63,336 nucleotides of DNA, filler included, from Folioceros fuciformis (GCA_049999805.1; 16 parts of 16 records of this genome joined end to end with filler, not necessarily neighbours in it); one strand, 5' to 3'; positions 1 to 12,271 are shown, numbered from the whole stretch's first letter. Translations and numbers: made by a program. Notes: generated from the sequence alone by a model not told the origin.

Positions 1-112
1 CCCGACCCGGGCACTCCTCCAGCATCCGGGCAGCCCTAAGACCGTTTCTTTTTTTGAACCCAAGACTGAACTCCTGAGGTTGCAACTCTTTCCTCTGTAT
101 ACAGCAACCGTG

Positions 113-1034
113 ATGGCCAGCATCAGCTCCCCGACTCCAGCACCTGCCCCTATCCCGATGTTCACTAAACAAATCAAGGAGCAGGACCGCTTCAACGGCC
201 AGCGATACCCCGTGTGGCGAGTCCGCATGAAGTCGCTGCTAGTCGGCCGCGGCGTGTGGAAGGTGGTGGACGGGAGCTACACCAAGCCGTCCCCAGCCTC
301 AGTTCCCCCGCCCTCGACTGCTGACGTGGAGTGCTGGGACTTCCTCAATGGAATTGCCATCGCGCTTATCATCAACGGCCTGGACTCTAGCCTGGTCCCC
401 AACATCAAGTTCCTCACGGAGGCCTCCGCCATCTGGGACCAGCTCGCCAAGACCTACAACGTCAACAATGTTCTGACGCTCTATGCCGTCAAGCAAGAGT
501 TCAACTCACTCAAGATGAAGGAGTCAGACACGGTGGCCACCCATTCCACAAGATTCAGGCAGCTATGCGGTTAGCTGGCCAGCCTCGGCTCGACTCTGAC
601 TGAGACAGACGCAGCGGCCCAGCTACTTATGAGCCTACCACACTCCTATCAGCATTTTGTCACCAGTTTGATGCTAATGTTGACACGTGGTACCTCCGGC
701 TCCACCTCCTCACTTACAGTGGAGGAGATTATCGGCGCACTCTATCAGCACAAGCAGAGTCGCCTTACTTTAGCAGGCGGGTCCAAGCCCAAGGCCGATA
801 AGGCGCTCGCTGCTCGTCCTAGGCCCGGGAAGGCGAATGGGCAGCAGGCCAACACCTCCAAGGGTGCTTCGACTTCGGCTCCACCTCGCCGGACGGGCAA
901 CTGTAACTGGTGTGGTACTCCCGGCCACTGGGCGCGGGAATGCCGAAAGAAGAAAGCTGGGGAGCCTCAGAAGCCTGGCCTTCGCCAAACTGCGACCGTG
1001 GCCGTTAAGGGCAAGCCCGAGGACAGCAAGACGG
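113..1034 (+). pseudogene. gag: Ty1/copia gag, interrupted
   Basis: IKEQDRFNGQRYPVWRVRM gag N-terminus; in-frame TAG at 572-574; CCHC knuckle RTGNCNWCGTPGHWAREC; homology lost near 1035. Confidence 0.9.
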
Positions 1035-2240
1035 GCCGCCATCTGATCGCTACTGGTTGCTTGCAGCTGGGTCTGCTGATCCGACCACACCGCCCTACGC
1101 CCCACCGTGGATCCACCCTAGCTAGTTCCTGCAAGCCAGGCGCTTCACCCCTGATAAAGCTTGCCATGCATTCTACTAGTTCCCCCAGCCAACCAGACTC
1201 CTTTCTGCTAGCAACCCGACCTAGCCAGTCGCCATGCCTAGTTTGCTTATGTAGCCGGCCCGCTGGCCCGCCTGCCTATAGCCCGATCGTTTTCCCCAAA
1301 TCGGCCAGGCGGCCTGCCGGCTCGCTACTCCTTTGAGCCCCAAGCGGTCAGCTTGCAGCTGGGCCGACCCGACTGCCGGCCAGGCTCCCCAGCAGCCAGG
1401 AAACCCTGGCTTGCTTCCGGTTCCCCGCCTTGCCATCCAAATCGCCCAACCCCAGGCTACCTCACCCTGGGTCCCATCGGGACCTCAGCCCAGCGCCAAA
1501 TACTTCCAGCCCGCCTTCCTGCTGAATCCGGCCCACTTTGGCCTGGCACACCACGACCTGTAGCCTCCCCTTCCCTATAGCTAACCTGCCCTGATCCATC
1601 TCAGCGGCTTGTGCAGCCCGATCCGATCGCTCGGTGACTGCATGGACCCAGCCGCCATCAACAAGTCGGGTCGCCTCCCCAAATCCCCCTGACCGGTCGG
1701 TCTGTTGGATCCAGCCCGCAACCCGCCATCAACCAGTCAGCCATAGCCCGCTCTCGACTTGCTGCCGGTTGGCTCCACCTCGGCTGACCACAGGCCGCCG
1801 GAGCGCCCCGCCACCGACCCACTTCGACCGAGCCCGATCCGTCTGCCATGCACCATGTCGGCTTCCTGCTATGCAGAGCTGTCGAGCTGCCCGCCCGTAG
1901 CCCAATTTGCTAGCAGTTCGCTGCTGGCTGATCAGCAAGGGCTTAAATGAACCTCTTGTTGGCTTCCAGACCTAGCTGTCGCCAAGCCGTCGGTCGTCCA
2001 ATTGATCCGGCCCCCCACCGTTGCAGCGAGCCTAGTGCAGCGGCACTTCAAGCCCCCTCCTCGTTCGACCGACCTGTTCCCCTCGCCTGGCTGGACAGCC
2101 ATCATCCGCGACTGTCCCCAACTGCCCGGCGTCCGACTGATCGGGACTGGATCCAGCCAACCTGCCTGCGCACTCGCCTGGATCCAGTGTTGGCCGACTA
2201 CCAGCCAGCTGCGACTAGTTGTCTGCCATTTTCCTTCCGG
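1035..2240. repeat. C-rich degenerate low-complexity region
   Basis: CCAGCC/CCGGCC/CTAGC-rich; same texture as 45720-46130 and reverse complement of 49440-51650. Confidence 0.6.
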
Positions 2241-2525
2241 TGTAGGGTTATTAAAGCCCAATGTACTTAGACTAATGTGTTTAGTATAAGATTAGTGTCT
2301 AGTTAAGTACCATTAGTTTAGATTAGCTTAAACTAATCTGTAGGAAGCTTCTTGCACAGCTTCCTGTGCGCTTCTTGTGAAGCTTCCTAAGGAGCTCTTC
2401 TAGAGGCTATAGATACCCCCTTGAGCTTCCTTGCTACAGAGACTCGTTGTGAGAGTGTGACCTCTCTTTCTCCTCCTCCTTGCCTCTCCTCCTCTCCTTC
2501 ACCATGCTCCTCTAGCGTTCCTTCA
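2241..2525 (+). mobile_element. Copia 5' LTR
   Basis: TGTAGGG...CTTCA followed by a PBS; close inverted copy at 54116-54373. Confidence 0.9.
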
Positions 2526-2527
2526 AG

Positions 2528-2539
2528 TGGTATCAGAGC
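2528..2539 (+). promoter_or_regulatory. Primer binding site, tRNA-iMet
   Basis: TGGTATCAGAGC 2 nt after the LTR end. Confidence 0.95.
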
Positions 2540-3260
2540 TTGGTATGGAGCAAGGGTGATGACTGCACCTGTTGCGGGGGAAGTGAGCAAGGCGACCATG
2601 AAGAACTCATCCAAGTGTGTGTGACAATCCGAGGTGACAGGAGTCTCCAACCCTGCCGTCCTTAGGGGAGAAGCAATGGTAGCACGGGCCGCCATGCTCC
2701 AGCAAGGACGCTAGGAGCGGGGCGCCAGGAGGAGGGCACCCGGCCGCGGGCACGCGACGGCCGAGGTGGGTAGAGTGCCAAGCCCGCGCCCGCTGCTGGG
2801 CGAGGAGGGCATAGTGCCAAGCCCCCCCTACCGCTGTGGCCGTAGGGCGCAGCCAGACCGTCAAGGCTAGGCAGGGGTGCCGGACGCCCCGGCCACGGGC
2901 GACCCGGCCCGGCCACAAGTGCCCACCTGACGCGGGCGTCAGCTCGACAGCGCCGGACCCGGGACGACTGATTGTAACGGGCTAGCGGGCAAGGCAAACA
3001 AGGCCAGCAGGCTAGTCGGGCCAATGGGCGTCGTGGAAGTCAAGGAGCAAGTAACACAAGCAACGCGGGTGCTAACGACACGACTGCGGGCTAGTTCGGA
3101 TCCTGACCGCGAGGCAGCGAGATCTCAATCGGAGGATTTAGGCCTATCGATTCGGCTTGTGGACAGCCGATTCAAAACGAGAGTGAGGGTAATAGAATCA
3201 ACTAGTTCATTTCGATCGTTTCTTACTAGCCTTTTGGTTGATTTGCTTCGATTTTGAAAC

Positions 3261-4085
3261 ATGACGTCCTCAGAAAACGTCATGTTCAATTATATTGTCA
3301 GGTATATTCAATTGTATTGTCATTGTCAGGTGTATTGGTTGAAACAGCTGGTGGACTTGAAGATGAAGGAAGGGACGAGGATGTCCGATCATCTGAATGA
3401 GTTCAATACCATTTTCAGCCAGCTCTCATCTCAAGGTATCTCGTTTCCAGATTCCGTGAGAGCTATATTTCTGTTGGTCAGAGTACCAGAGACCTGGGAC
3501 ACTTTTCGTATAGCTCTGAGTAATTCCGCTCTTGCCATTGGTCTTACCGTTGTAAATGTAGAAGGTAGCCTGTTAACAGAGGAGGTGAACATGAAGAATA
3601 TGGAACCCTCGAAAGGTTCCAATGCCCTCATGGTGAAAGGAAGGTCCACTTCAAAGGGGAAGTACAAGGAGCGAAGTCATTCCCGTAGTAAGTCTCGTAT
3701 TCGTAACAATGTTGAGTGTTACCATTGTCACAAGAAGGGACACATCAGAAGGGACTGCGAGAAGCTCAAGAAGGACAAAGGCAAAGAGAAGTAGCAAAGC
3801 GACAACAAGGCAAGTTCGAGTGTCAAGCGTGACGAGGTGAACTCTGTTGATGATAGAGATGTTCTTACCTCTTCTTCCTTCGATTCTACACAACTGACAG
3901 CCGTGGAGAGTCACTTATTTACTAATTAAATAATTGACTCTGGAGCATCTTTCCATGTTACTCCGCATAGGGAGTGGTTTAGCACGTATGATGCCACTAG
4001 TTTAGGATGTGTTCGGCTTTGAAATAACTACGCATGCGAGATTGCAGGCGTTGGTAATGTGCAGTTGAAGTTCGACAATGGATCT
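3261..4085 (+). pseudogene. gag: Copia gag-protease (Tnt1/Tork-like), truncated by an insertion
   Basis: LKMKEG...DHLNEFN, RSKSR...CYHCHKKGHIRRDC, then IIDSGASFHVTPHREWF protease motif; stop codons present. Confidence 0.88.
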
Positions 4086-4272
4086 TGAGAATGTCCACGA
4101 AGGAACTTAGGCAGCGAGAGCAGGCCGTGTTTGTACAAAACTGTATGAGTTAATTGACAAAGTATCTCATATGTTATTTATACTAAACCCTAATATCCAA
4201 AAGGTTGCAAAATATATATATATTTAACCCTAACCATAGCTAACTAAAGCTGTCCAGGGTTAATATTTGACA
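4086..4272 (-). mobile_element. 3' LTR of a minus-strand copia; PPT at 4273-4281
   Basis: Minus strand reads AAGAGGGAG|TGTCAAATA...TTCTCA; cuts the host protease at 4085. Confidence 0.85.
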
Positions 4273-4400
4273 CTCCCTCTTAAGCAGGACAAGCTTAAGT
4301 AGGTACATGTGAGATATAATGCCCAACAACCGAACTCAAACGCACTAGGACACAACAAACTCGAGCGCTCCCGGACACAGCTGAAAAACATGAGCCAGCG

Positions 4401-4637
4401 ATGGCGATTCAACTGGACACTGCCCTTGCTTATATGCTGGCAGCCTTCTTCACAATCACATGTCTGGCAATTGCTGTTGTGACGAAGATGCGAAGGGGGC
4501 ATCTGTATGCCAACAGGGCGAGTAGTGGCAGACGGCGTGCAAGGAGAAGGATGGAGTGCGGACAAGAATCCAGCTCTCAATCCACTGTCCAGGAGCCTGA
4601 AGTTGTGACTGATGGGGAGGAGCATCGAGAGAGATAG
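4401..4637 (+). CDS. 78-aa antisense ORF in a copia 3' region: hydrophobic segment then Arg-rich tail
   Basis: MAIQLDTALAYMLAAFFTITCLAIAVVTKMRRG...GRRRARRR; starts about 120 nt inside the PPT. Confidence 0.55.
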   Translation: MAIQLDTALAYMLAAFFTITCLAIAVVTKMRRGHLYANRASSGRRRARRRMECGQESSSQSTVQEPEVVTDGEEHRER

Positions 4638-4929
4638 ACTGGCTTGGTCGTTCGTCTTAGGGAGGCAGTGAAGCTCTCGGGCCAGATCAAGGAAGATGGC
4701 GAGTACGGAGGTTGAGGTGTCAAGCAGCCAGGCGATAAGGTAATCGTGGGGCTTCATCCGCATGTTGATGATCATTTCTACTGTGCAGAGCATACTGTAA
4801 CTATTGCTTAACAAAAACCAATGTTGTGTGTTTGTCACAATTCTTATAACCTGGCGGCAAAGAGGCTGTTGATCTAACATCGATATCAGGGAGCAAGGGC
4901 TCCCACCCCCCCTCTCCCACCAGATAAGT

Positions 4930-6399
4930 CTACAGTTGCTCAAACCAGCTGATCCTTGAAATATACTGAGAAATCCTGTAGACCAAGTCCTGCCATGTGT
5001 AAATAGTGCTTATATTTAAGCAGGGCTTGGTTAGAATGTCTGCAGTATTCTCCTCTGTGTTCACATAATCAACCTTCACAACTCCCCGTTCAACTACATC
5101 CCTGATGTAGTGATGCTGTATCTCGATATGCTTCGTCCTTGCGTGAAAACGAGGGTTTGCAACCAGGGCAAGTGCTAACATGTTGTCACACAAGAGTGGG
5201 GTTGCTGCTGTCTGCTGTTGACCAAGGTCTTGTAGGAAGGTACGTTCCCATTCTGCCTCTTTCGAGGCATCTGTCAAGCTTTTATATTCAGCTTATGTCG
5301 ATGATAAAGCAATTGATGTCTGCTTTTTGCAGCTCCAACTTACAGCCGCAAATGCGAATAGAAAACAGTATGTAGATAAACTCTTGCGGCTGTCATTGTC
5401 TGATGCCCAATCAGCATCAGTAAATCCCCTTAAAGTAAGCCGTCCTTGTCCACTGCTTTTATAGACAAGTTCATAGTACTGGGTCCTTTTCAAATATCTA
5501 AATACTCGTTTAGCTGCTACCCAGCGAGCTCGACCAGGTCTCTTTAGAAATTGTGACAGGGTGCTAACAGAATATTGTATATCTGGACGAGTCCAATTGA
5601 CAACAAACAGAAGACTGCCTACAGCATGACGGTAGGGGATTTCTACCATCTCTTTCTGTTCTTCAGCAGACTGAGGACATTGTAGGCTTGTAAGTTTAGC
5701 TCCTAGAGCAGATGGAGTAGATGCTGGGCGTGCCTCATTGAGCTTGAATTTATTCAGCAGCTGTTGGATATATTTATTCTGGTGTATGATGAGAAGTCCT
5801 TCAGATCTGACTCGAAGGAGCTGTATCCCTAAACAGAGTTTGAGCTCCCCTATATCTTTCATGTCGTACTTCGTGCTTAGCATCTCCTTTACGCTTGCTA
5901 ATAGCTTGTTATCATTAGTAGCCATGAGTACATCATCTACATAGAGGGCGAGTATAAGAAAGCTTGCGCCTTTTACCAGTCTATAGACATTACTGTCTGC
6001 AGCACTCTGCATGAAGGATTGGCTCAAAAGGAACACATGGATGTTCAGGTACCACACTCTGCTGCTTTGCTTTAAGCCATATATTGTCTTTAACAATTTG
6101 CAGACCTTGTTCGGGTATGCTTTATCCTCATATCCCTATGGCTATGTCATGTACAGATCCTCGTCAAGTGATCCATAGAGGAAGGCAGTATTTACATCCA
6201 TTTGATAAAGCTCTAGGTCAAATTCAGCAGCAAGGGCCAAAATCATGCGGATGGACTGTGTTCTCACGACTGGAGAAAATGTTTCTTGGTAGTCGAGACC
6301 CTCAACCTGTGTGAAGCCACGTGCCACCAACCTGGCCTTATACCTAGCAATGTCTCCTTGGGCATTGAGTTTGAGTTTGAACACCCATTTGCAAGATAT
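4930..6399 (-). pseudogene. pol: Copia RT-RNase H
   Basis: [31 protein letters not shown]; stops and frameshifts. Confidence 0.95.
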
Positions 6400-6499
6400 N
6401 NNNNNNNNNNNNNNNNNNNNNNNNNNNNNNNNNNNNNNNNNNNTTAATTAATTAANNNNNNNNNNNNNNNNNNNNNNNNNNNNNNNNNNNNNNNNNNNN
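6400..6499. other. Artificial contig spacer, first of 15
   Basis: 44N-TTAATTAATTAA-44N with stops in all six frames; other linkers start at 14547, 16854, 22531, 28555, 31314, 37455, 38571, 45539, 51701, 53855, 55941, 58267, 60376, 61834. Confidence 0.98.
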
Positions 6500-9400
6500 T
6501 TTTATCATTGGATTTATATAGACTTGGTATCTAATATACCTAAGTTCTTCATGTGTTTAGTATGTAACTCCCGACCAAGGGACTTTGTAAGTAAATCAGT
6601 TGAATTATCTTGAGTTTGTATATAATGTATATCTATGGTTTTATTTTCCAACATTTCTTTAATGTAATGGTATTCGACACCTATATGTTTAGTTCTAGAA
6701 TGGAATATAGGATTTCTGGCTAATGCTATGGCTCCTTGGCTGTCACTATATAAGGGTGTAGGGTTGTCTTGTGTATGATTAAGCTCACTTAAGGCTAACC
6801 TACTTCATACAATATCCTTGGCAACTGAGGTTCGTACTCTATACTCTGACTCAATGCTTAACAAGGCTATGGTCATTTATTTCTCACTTGACCATGAAAT
6901 AGGGGCTTTGCATAGCATAAGTATATAGCCAGATACTGATCGCCGTGTGTCAGGGTCGCCAACATAGTCGGCATCAGCATATGCTGTTAATATTGGTTTA
7001 TGCATACTCAGTGTATGTTGATAAACAAATCCTGTATTCATCGTGCTTTTGAGATACCGAAATATTCTTTTAACAGATGTCCAATGTTCACGTCCAGGAT
7101 TTTCTAGAAATTGTGAACAAACACTAACTTCAAAGTATATCAGGCCTAGTGAAGTTGCTCAAATATATATGTGTGCCAACAGCGTGTCAATAAGGTACTA
7201 TTGACATTTGTAACTTGTCTGCATCTATATGAGGGCACATGTTTTATGTGAGTCTTATCCCACTAGCAAAAGGAGTGGGAGCAGGTTTAGCGTCTCCTAA
7301 TCCAAATTTGATTAAGCTTTCCTTAATATATTTTGTTTGAAGAATGCTTAAAGTTCTACGGATGCTTTAATTTCAGCTAGGAGAGAGGATGAAGAGGAAG
7401 CCATAAATACGTCATCAACGTAAAGTAAGAGGTAAATTATCTCTTTTCCAGAGATTAATATATACATACAAGGATCTGCCTTGCTTTGTTGAAAACCTGG
7501 TTTCATAAGTTTAACATGTATTATGGTATTCCATTCCTTGCCAGATTGCTTCAATCCATAAATACATTTGATAAGCTTACACACCAAATTTTCTTTGCCT
7601 TTAACCTCATAACCCTTAGGTTGTCTCATGTATATTTCCTCTCGTAGATGCCCATGCAAATATGTTGTCTTCATATCCATCATATGGAGTTCAAGATCCT
7701 ACTTGGCAGTTAAAGCAAATATCATTCGGAGGCTGGCAAATTTGGCTACAGGGGCATAAGTGGCCCAAGGTACATAGTCTAGGCCAGGAATTTGTGTGAA
7801 ACCTATGGCTACTAGACGTGCCTTATATCTTTCAATAGAACCATCTCCTTTTCTTTTGATTTTGAATACCTATTTGCTTGTCACTATCTTCCTACCCTTG
7901 GGGGGTTTGAGTAGTTCCCATGTAGAATTCTTAATTAGGGAATCATATTCGGAATCTACTGCTGCATTCCATAAGCCCTTTTCAGGGGATGAGAAGGCTT
8001 GTTTAAGAGTAGTGGGTTCTTCTGGGGTCAACATTTGTCTAATATACGGCCTCGGAAGTAGCTAGGTATCCTAAAGGAGGCTCTTTCCACCCAGCAGGAC
8101 CAAGAATGGTTGGTCTGGTTCTGAGATTATATTCTAACATGGTCTAATCCAGATGGGCGGATTCCACAAAGCCCGTTTTGCGCTTTTTAAATTTGTCTTG
8201 ATCCGCACCCCATATCTACCTTTGATCTCTTTTCACAAACAATAAGACCACCGACATGTATGCGTATATTATTTATTCACCAAATATCAATAAAACCAAA
8301 ATAAATGCAGTACACATTGTGAGTCTTCTACGTGAAACTTGATATTTAACAATTGAAACATATGGTGCGTCGGTCAACCGGCGCATAAGCTATTCAAAAT
8401 ACTTCATGTTCTAGTAAAGGATGAGTTCAAGTTAAGTCTCACACAAAAACTGGGTCATCCTTGTTGGCCTCGGAACTGTATACAATACACCGGTGCGCCG
8501 GTCACTGGGGTCTGGATTTTGTACATTTGGTCTACCGGCGCACTCCCGCCGGCTTGGGGCTCTAGTGCGTCGATAGACCGGCGCACTCACGCCGATTCGC
8601 GCTCCAATGCACCAGTAGACCGGCCCATTCGAGCAGCCGGCTAGGGTAGAAGTGCACCGGTAGACTAGCGCACTCGGGCAGAAGTGCGCCAGTAGACCGG
8701 CGCACTCGGGTAGTGCAGGTCCTAATTCGTCCTCCTGCATGACAGGTCCATCAAAGGGAAGTCGAAGAGTAGGATCAGGAAAGTCCACAATATAGTCACT
8801 AGTATCAAAACAACATTCAAAAGAAGAACATTCAGGTTCGACATCCTCAAATGAAGGGTGAGCAGGCAAAACATTTCCCACTGAAGATGAAAATAGGGAA
8901 TGTTCATAAAAAGTGACACTACGAGAATAAAGAAGCCTCTTAGTGGAACGATCAAACAATTTATAGCCCTTGATTCCTTCCGAATAACCAATAAAGGTAT
9001 ATTTTACAGGCTTTGGATCAAACTTCCTTGTTAATGCTTTAGGGACAAAAACATATGCCAGAGATCCAAAAATGCGGAGATGTTCTATAGAGGGCTTTTT
9101 GCCTATAAAGGCTTCATATGGTGTCATACCTTGGACTGCTAAGGTGGGCAATCGGTTCATGAGATATGTGGTTGTGAGGAGTGTCTCAGCCCAATAAACC
9201 TTGGGTAACTTTGCTTGATTTAACAGGCAGCCAATAATCTCTTAAAGGCGTAGATTCTTATTTTCAGCTACGCCATTTTGTTGAGGAGTATAAACAACAG
9301 TAAGTTGTTGAGCAATACCGCGAAGGCGACAAAAATCCTCAAATTGATTGGAAGTAAACTCGCCACCATTGTCAGAACGTAAGGTTTTGAGTTTCTTCTC

Positions 9401-11258
9401 GGTTAATCTCTCAGCCCATACCCTATAGTCTTGGAAGTAACGATAAACATCTCCTTTGTAACTTAAGATATAGGTGAGAGTAAACTGAGAATAGCCGTTG
9501 ATGAAGGTCATAAAGAATCTGCTACCACTGAAGGAAGGTGTAGAGATAGGAAGGTGTAGAGATAGGGCCACAAATGTCTGTACAAACAAGCTCTAAAGGA
9601 CATTTCGCCCTCTGTGGGGAGATGTTCTTAAAATGGGCTTGATGTCTTTTGGTAATGACACAAGTCTCACACCATGAGAGGTGTTGAATGTGAGAGAGGT
9701 AGGGTGTACGATATAAATTTCCTGCCTTAGACATTTGTACTAATTTTTGGCTATTTGGATGACCAAGATGACAGTGCCATAACATAGTATGGCTAGGTGG
9801 TACAGAATTAGAGGATGCTACATTGATGGAATGTGTAGGACCCACTTTAACTGAGAGTTTGTATAACCCTTCTTCTAGTGTGCCTATGCAGATGAAATGT
9901 GACTTATTAGAAGTATATGAAATAAGGCAACTATCTGCATGAAGTATGACTTGCATACTATGTTCATAACATAAACTAGAGGCAGAGACTAGATTCTTAC
10001 GCATGGCTGGTACATGAAGAACGTGACATAAGTGTAGAGTCTGACATGTGGAACATCTGAGGACAACTAAACCTACGCCAGCTATTGGGAGGTTGTGATC
10101 ATCACCCAAGAGGACAAACTAGTGTCCCATGGTTGGGGAGTAGGACTCAAAGGAGTCTTTGTCATAGCAGATGTGTGAGGTAGCTCCACTGTCAAGGTAC
10201 CATAATTTATTAGTAGGCTAGGAGGATGCCAGACATACTGTAAGGGCAGAAGGGGTTGAGGAAGATGGTTTCTTCACAGCAACATTCGCAGCAAGTGAGG
10301 CCTCTTTCCTAGGCTCACCATTTTTCTTCCTTCTGCAGTCCTTCTCCATGTGATTTGGGATTCTGCACAAATTACAAATAATTCGTATCTTCTTATTACC
10401 TCTTGCAGGTGTGGAAGAAGACGAAGGGGCTCCCTTGAAGAAGCCTTGAGAGGAAGTAGTAGGCCTTGTGGGAAGAGATCCTTTGGTGTGGTTTTGACAG
10501 CGACCTCTTCCTCTGCCTCTTCCTATGAACATCACCTGCTGCCGGCTAGCTCGTGAGTCTTGACGTCGACTAGGCTCCTCCTATATCAATGCGGCTATCA
10601 ACTCATTTACACTTATATCCAAGGTTTTGTGCATATCCATATTCTTCTGTGCTGTTCTCAAGACAACGTTCTGAGTTGTCACACATGATCTATAGGAGGC
10701 TGGAAGAGAGGATAATAATGCAACAAAGCATGTTAACTGGGACAACTTGGAGTTGGAGGCAGCTTCAAGTTGGGATCTTGCCATTCGAAATGGACTAATA
10801 TGGTGTTCGATGGTATCAAATTCCCTCATTTTAAGGTTATGGAAATTACGAGTAGCAGTCACCAAACCCATAACATCCTTGGAGGAGTATAATTGTGCGA
10901 GGTGGTCCCACATTTCCTTGGAGGATCCTGCCTCGCTAATTTGCCGTACCATATGAAGAGAAAGACCACTTATAATGATGTCCTAGGCTCTCTCATCTTT
11001 CGCATCCCAAATACGTTTTTCATTAGTACTCCATACAGGGCGCTCTAATGCTCCACTGACGATGTCCCATAGGTCACAGTTGCGCAATACTCCTCTCATT
11101 CGCAGGCGCCAGACGTCATAGTCCTTGCCATTGAATATATCCTTCTCCTTGAAGCTGTCTCCAAAATTATTCACGACCATTGATTTGGTTTCAGTAGAAT
11201 CTTTGTCATTGTTGATTTCTACGTCAAGTTGCTCTCCCTCATCTTCGCGAGCAACCAT
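6500..11258 (-). pseudogene. gag-pol: Decayed copia gag-pol (gag-PR-INT-RT-RH)
   Basis: FKEKDIFNGKDYDVWRLRM, CNLCRIPNHMEKDC, YLDSGATSHIC, LWHCHLGH, LRSDNGGEF, LYVDD in copia order; many stops. Confidence 0.93.
8141..8712. mobile_element. Insertion into copia pol; probable DNA-transposon end with AGACCGGCGCACTC repeats
   Basis: Starts GGTCTAATCCAGATGGGCGGATTCC; near-identical inverted terminus ends at 47431. Confidence 0.55.
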
Positions 11259-11270
11259 TGCAGATGATGT

Positions 11271-11813
11271 TTAAAGGCCATGACTACGTCGTGTGCGTGG
11301 TGTTTTGGAGGAGATCACACTAGACGATGTTCCAATCATATAAAAAATAGAATATGCATGTAAGAATGTTGAATTCTGCAAAGAACTTTTAGACATTTTA
11401 GTATCTAAGTCTTCAATGCATTGTGCTAAGTGATTTAAGGCTTGGGTCAAAGATGACAATTGTCTACTCATGACCTTATGTCTAAGTTCAGAATCTACTT
11501 TGATAGATTTAAGAAGAGGTTGCAAGGAATTTGTGCTATCAATCACAATTGGACCAGCACGTAAATTGGGAATATGTTGAAGTGCTAAAACTAGAGATTC
11601 TACTTGTGATAAACTAAAAAAAGTAAGTAAATCACTCTTAGCAATCTCAATCAATTCTCCTTGATTCTTTGATTTTATAAGGATTGCACCAATAAAATTA
11701 CCAATAAATTTAGAATCTCTTTCAATTGGATCTATAAATTTAGTGGAATAGTTATAATTTGATGCATTCTCCCTTCATGCAGCCTTCAATCTCCTCCTAC
11801 TTCCTTGCCCCAT
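11271..11813 (-). CDS. ORF0 upstream of copia gag, 181 codons with one internal TGA, coiled-coil-like
   Basis: MGQGSRRRLKAA*RENAS...SRQLSSLTQALNHLAQCIEDLDTKM; lies between PBS and gag, stop 12 nt before gag ATG at 11258. Confidence 0.6.
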
Positions 11814-11984
11814 GAGAAGGAGTCAAGGAAGTGATGCACAATTTGTGCATCATAAAAATATGATGTTGAGCATAATTGTAAAGTTGCCTCCAAGCCAAAA
11901 TTCCATGCTGCAAAATTAGTAACGCACAAAAGAATTCATGCCTAAGGAGGAGGCAAGCAAGTTGTCAAACATCTAGAGCAGGAT

Positions 11985-11996
11985 GCTCTGATACCA
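11985..11996 (-). promoter_or_regulatory. PBS, tRNA-iMet
   Basis: Reverse complement TGGTATCAGAGC adjoining the LTR. Confidence 0.95.
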
Positions 11997-12271
11997 TGAT
12001 GAGAATCACGTACAAATGTACTTGTAAGAGAGTTTTGCAAAGAATTGTATTGCATTATTTAATGAAAAGTACATAGCTGTTTATATAGAGGCCTAGAAGG
12101 CGGTTACAACAACTTATTGTTGTAACCATAAGTTGTTATAACAATAAGTTGTTATAACAACTAACTACCTAAATAACTACCCAAAGAAACTACTTGATGC
12201 CCTAGATATTTAATAATGTTTAAGTAAAGGAACCCTAGTGAATAGTGCCCTAAACCTATTGTGTTTCATCA
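11997..12271 (-). mobile_element. Copia 5' LTR
   Basis: TGATGA...TCATCA 6-bp terminal inverted repeat; inserted in the protease region of another copia. Confidence 0.9.

Noticed and set aside
572-574. TAG/TGA stops in TE ORFs being repaired by U-to-C editing
   Set aside because: PPR-DYW editing is organellar; the stops fit methylcytosine deamination and coexist with frameshifts
6444-6455. Recurrent TTAATTAATTAA as a biological repeat
   Set aside because: Always centred in N runs of fixed length; assembly linker
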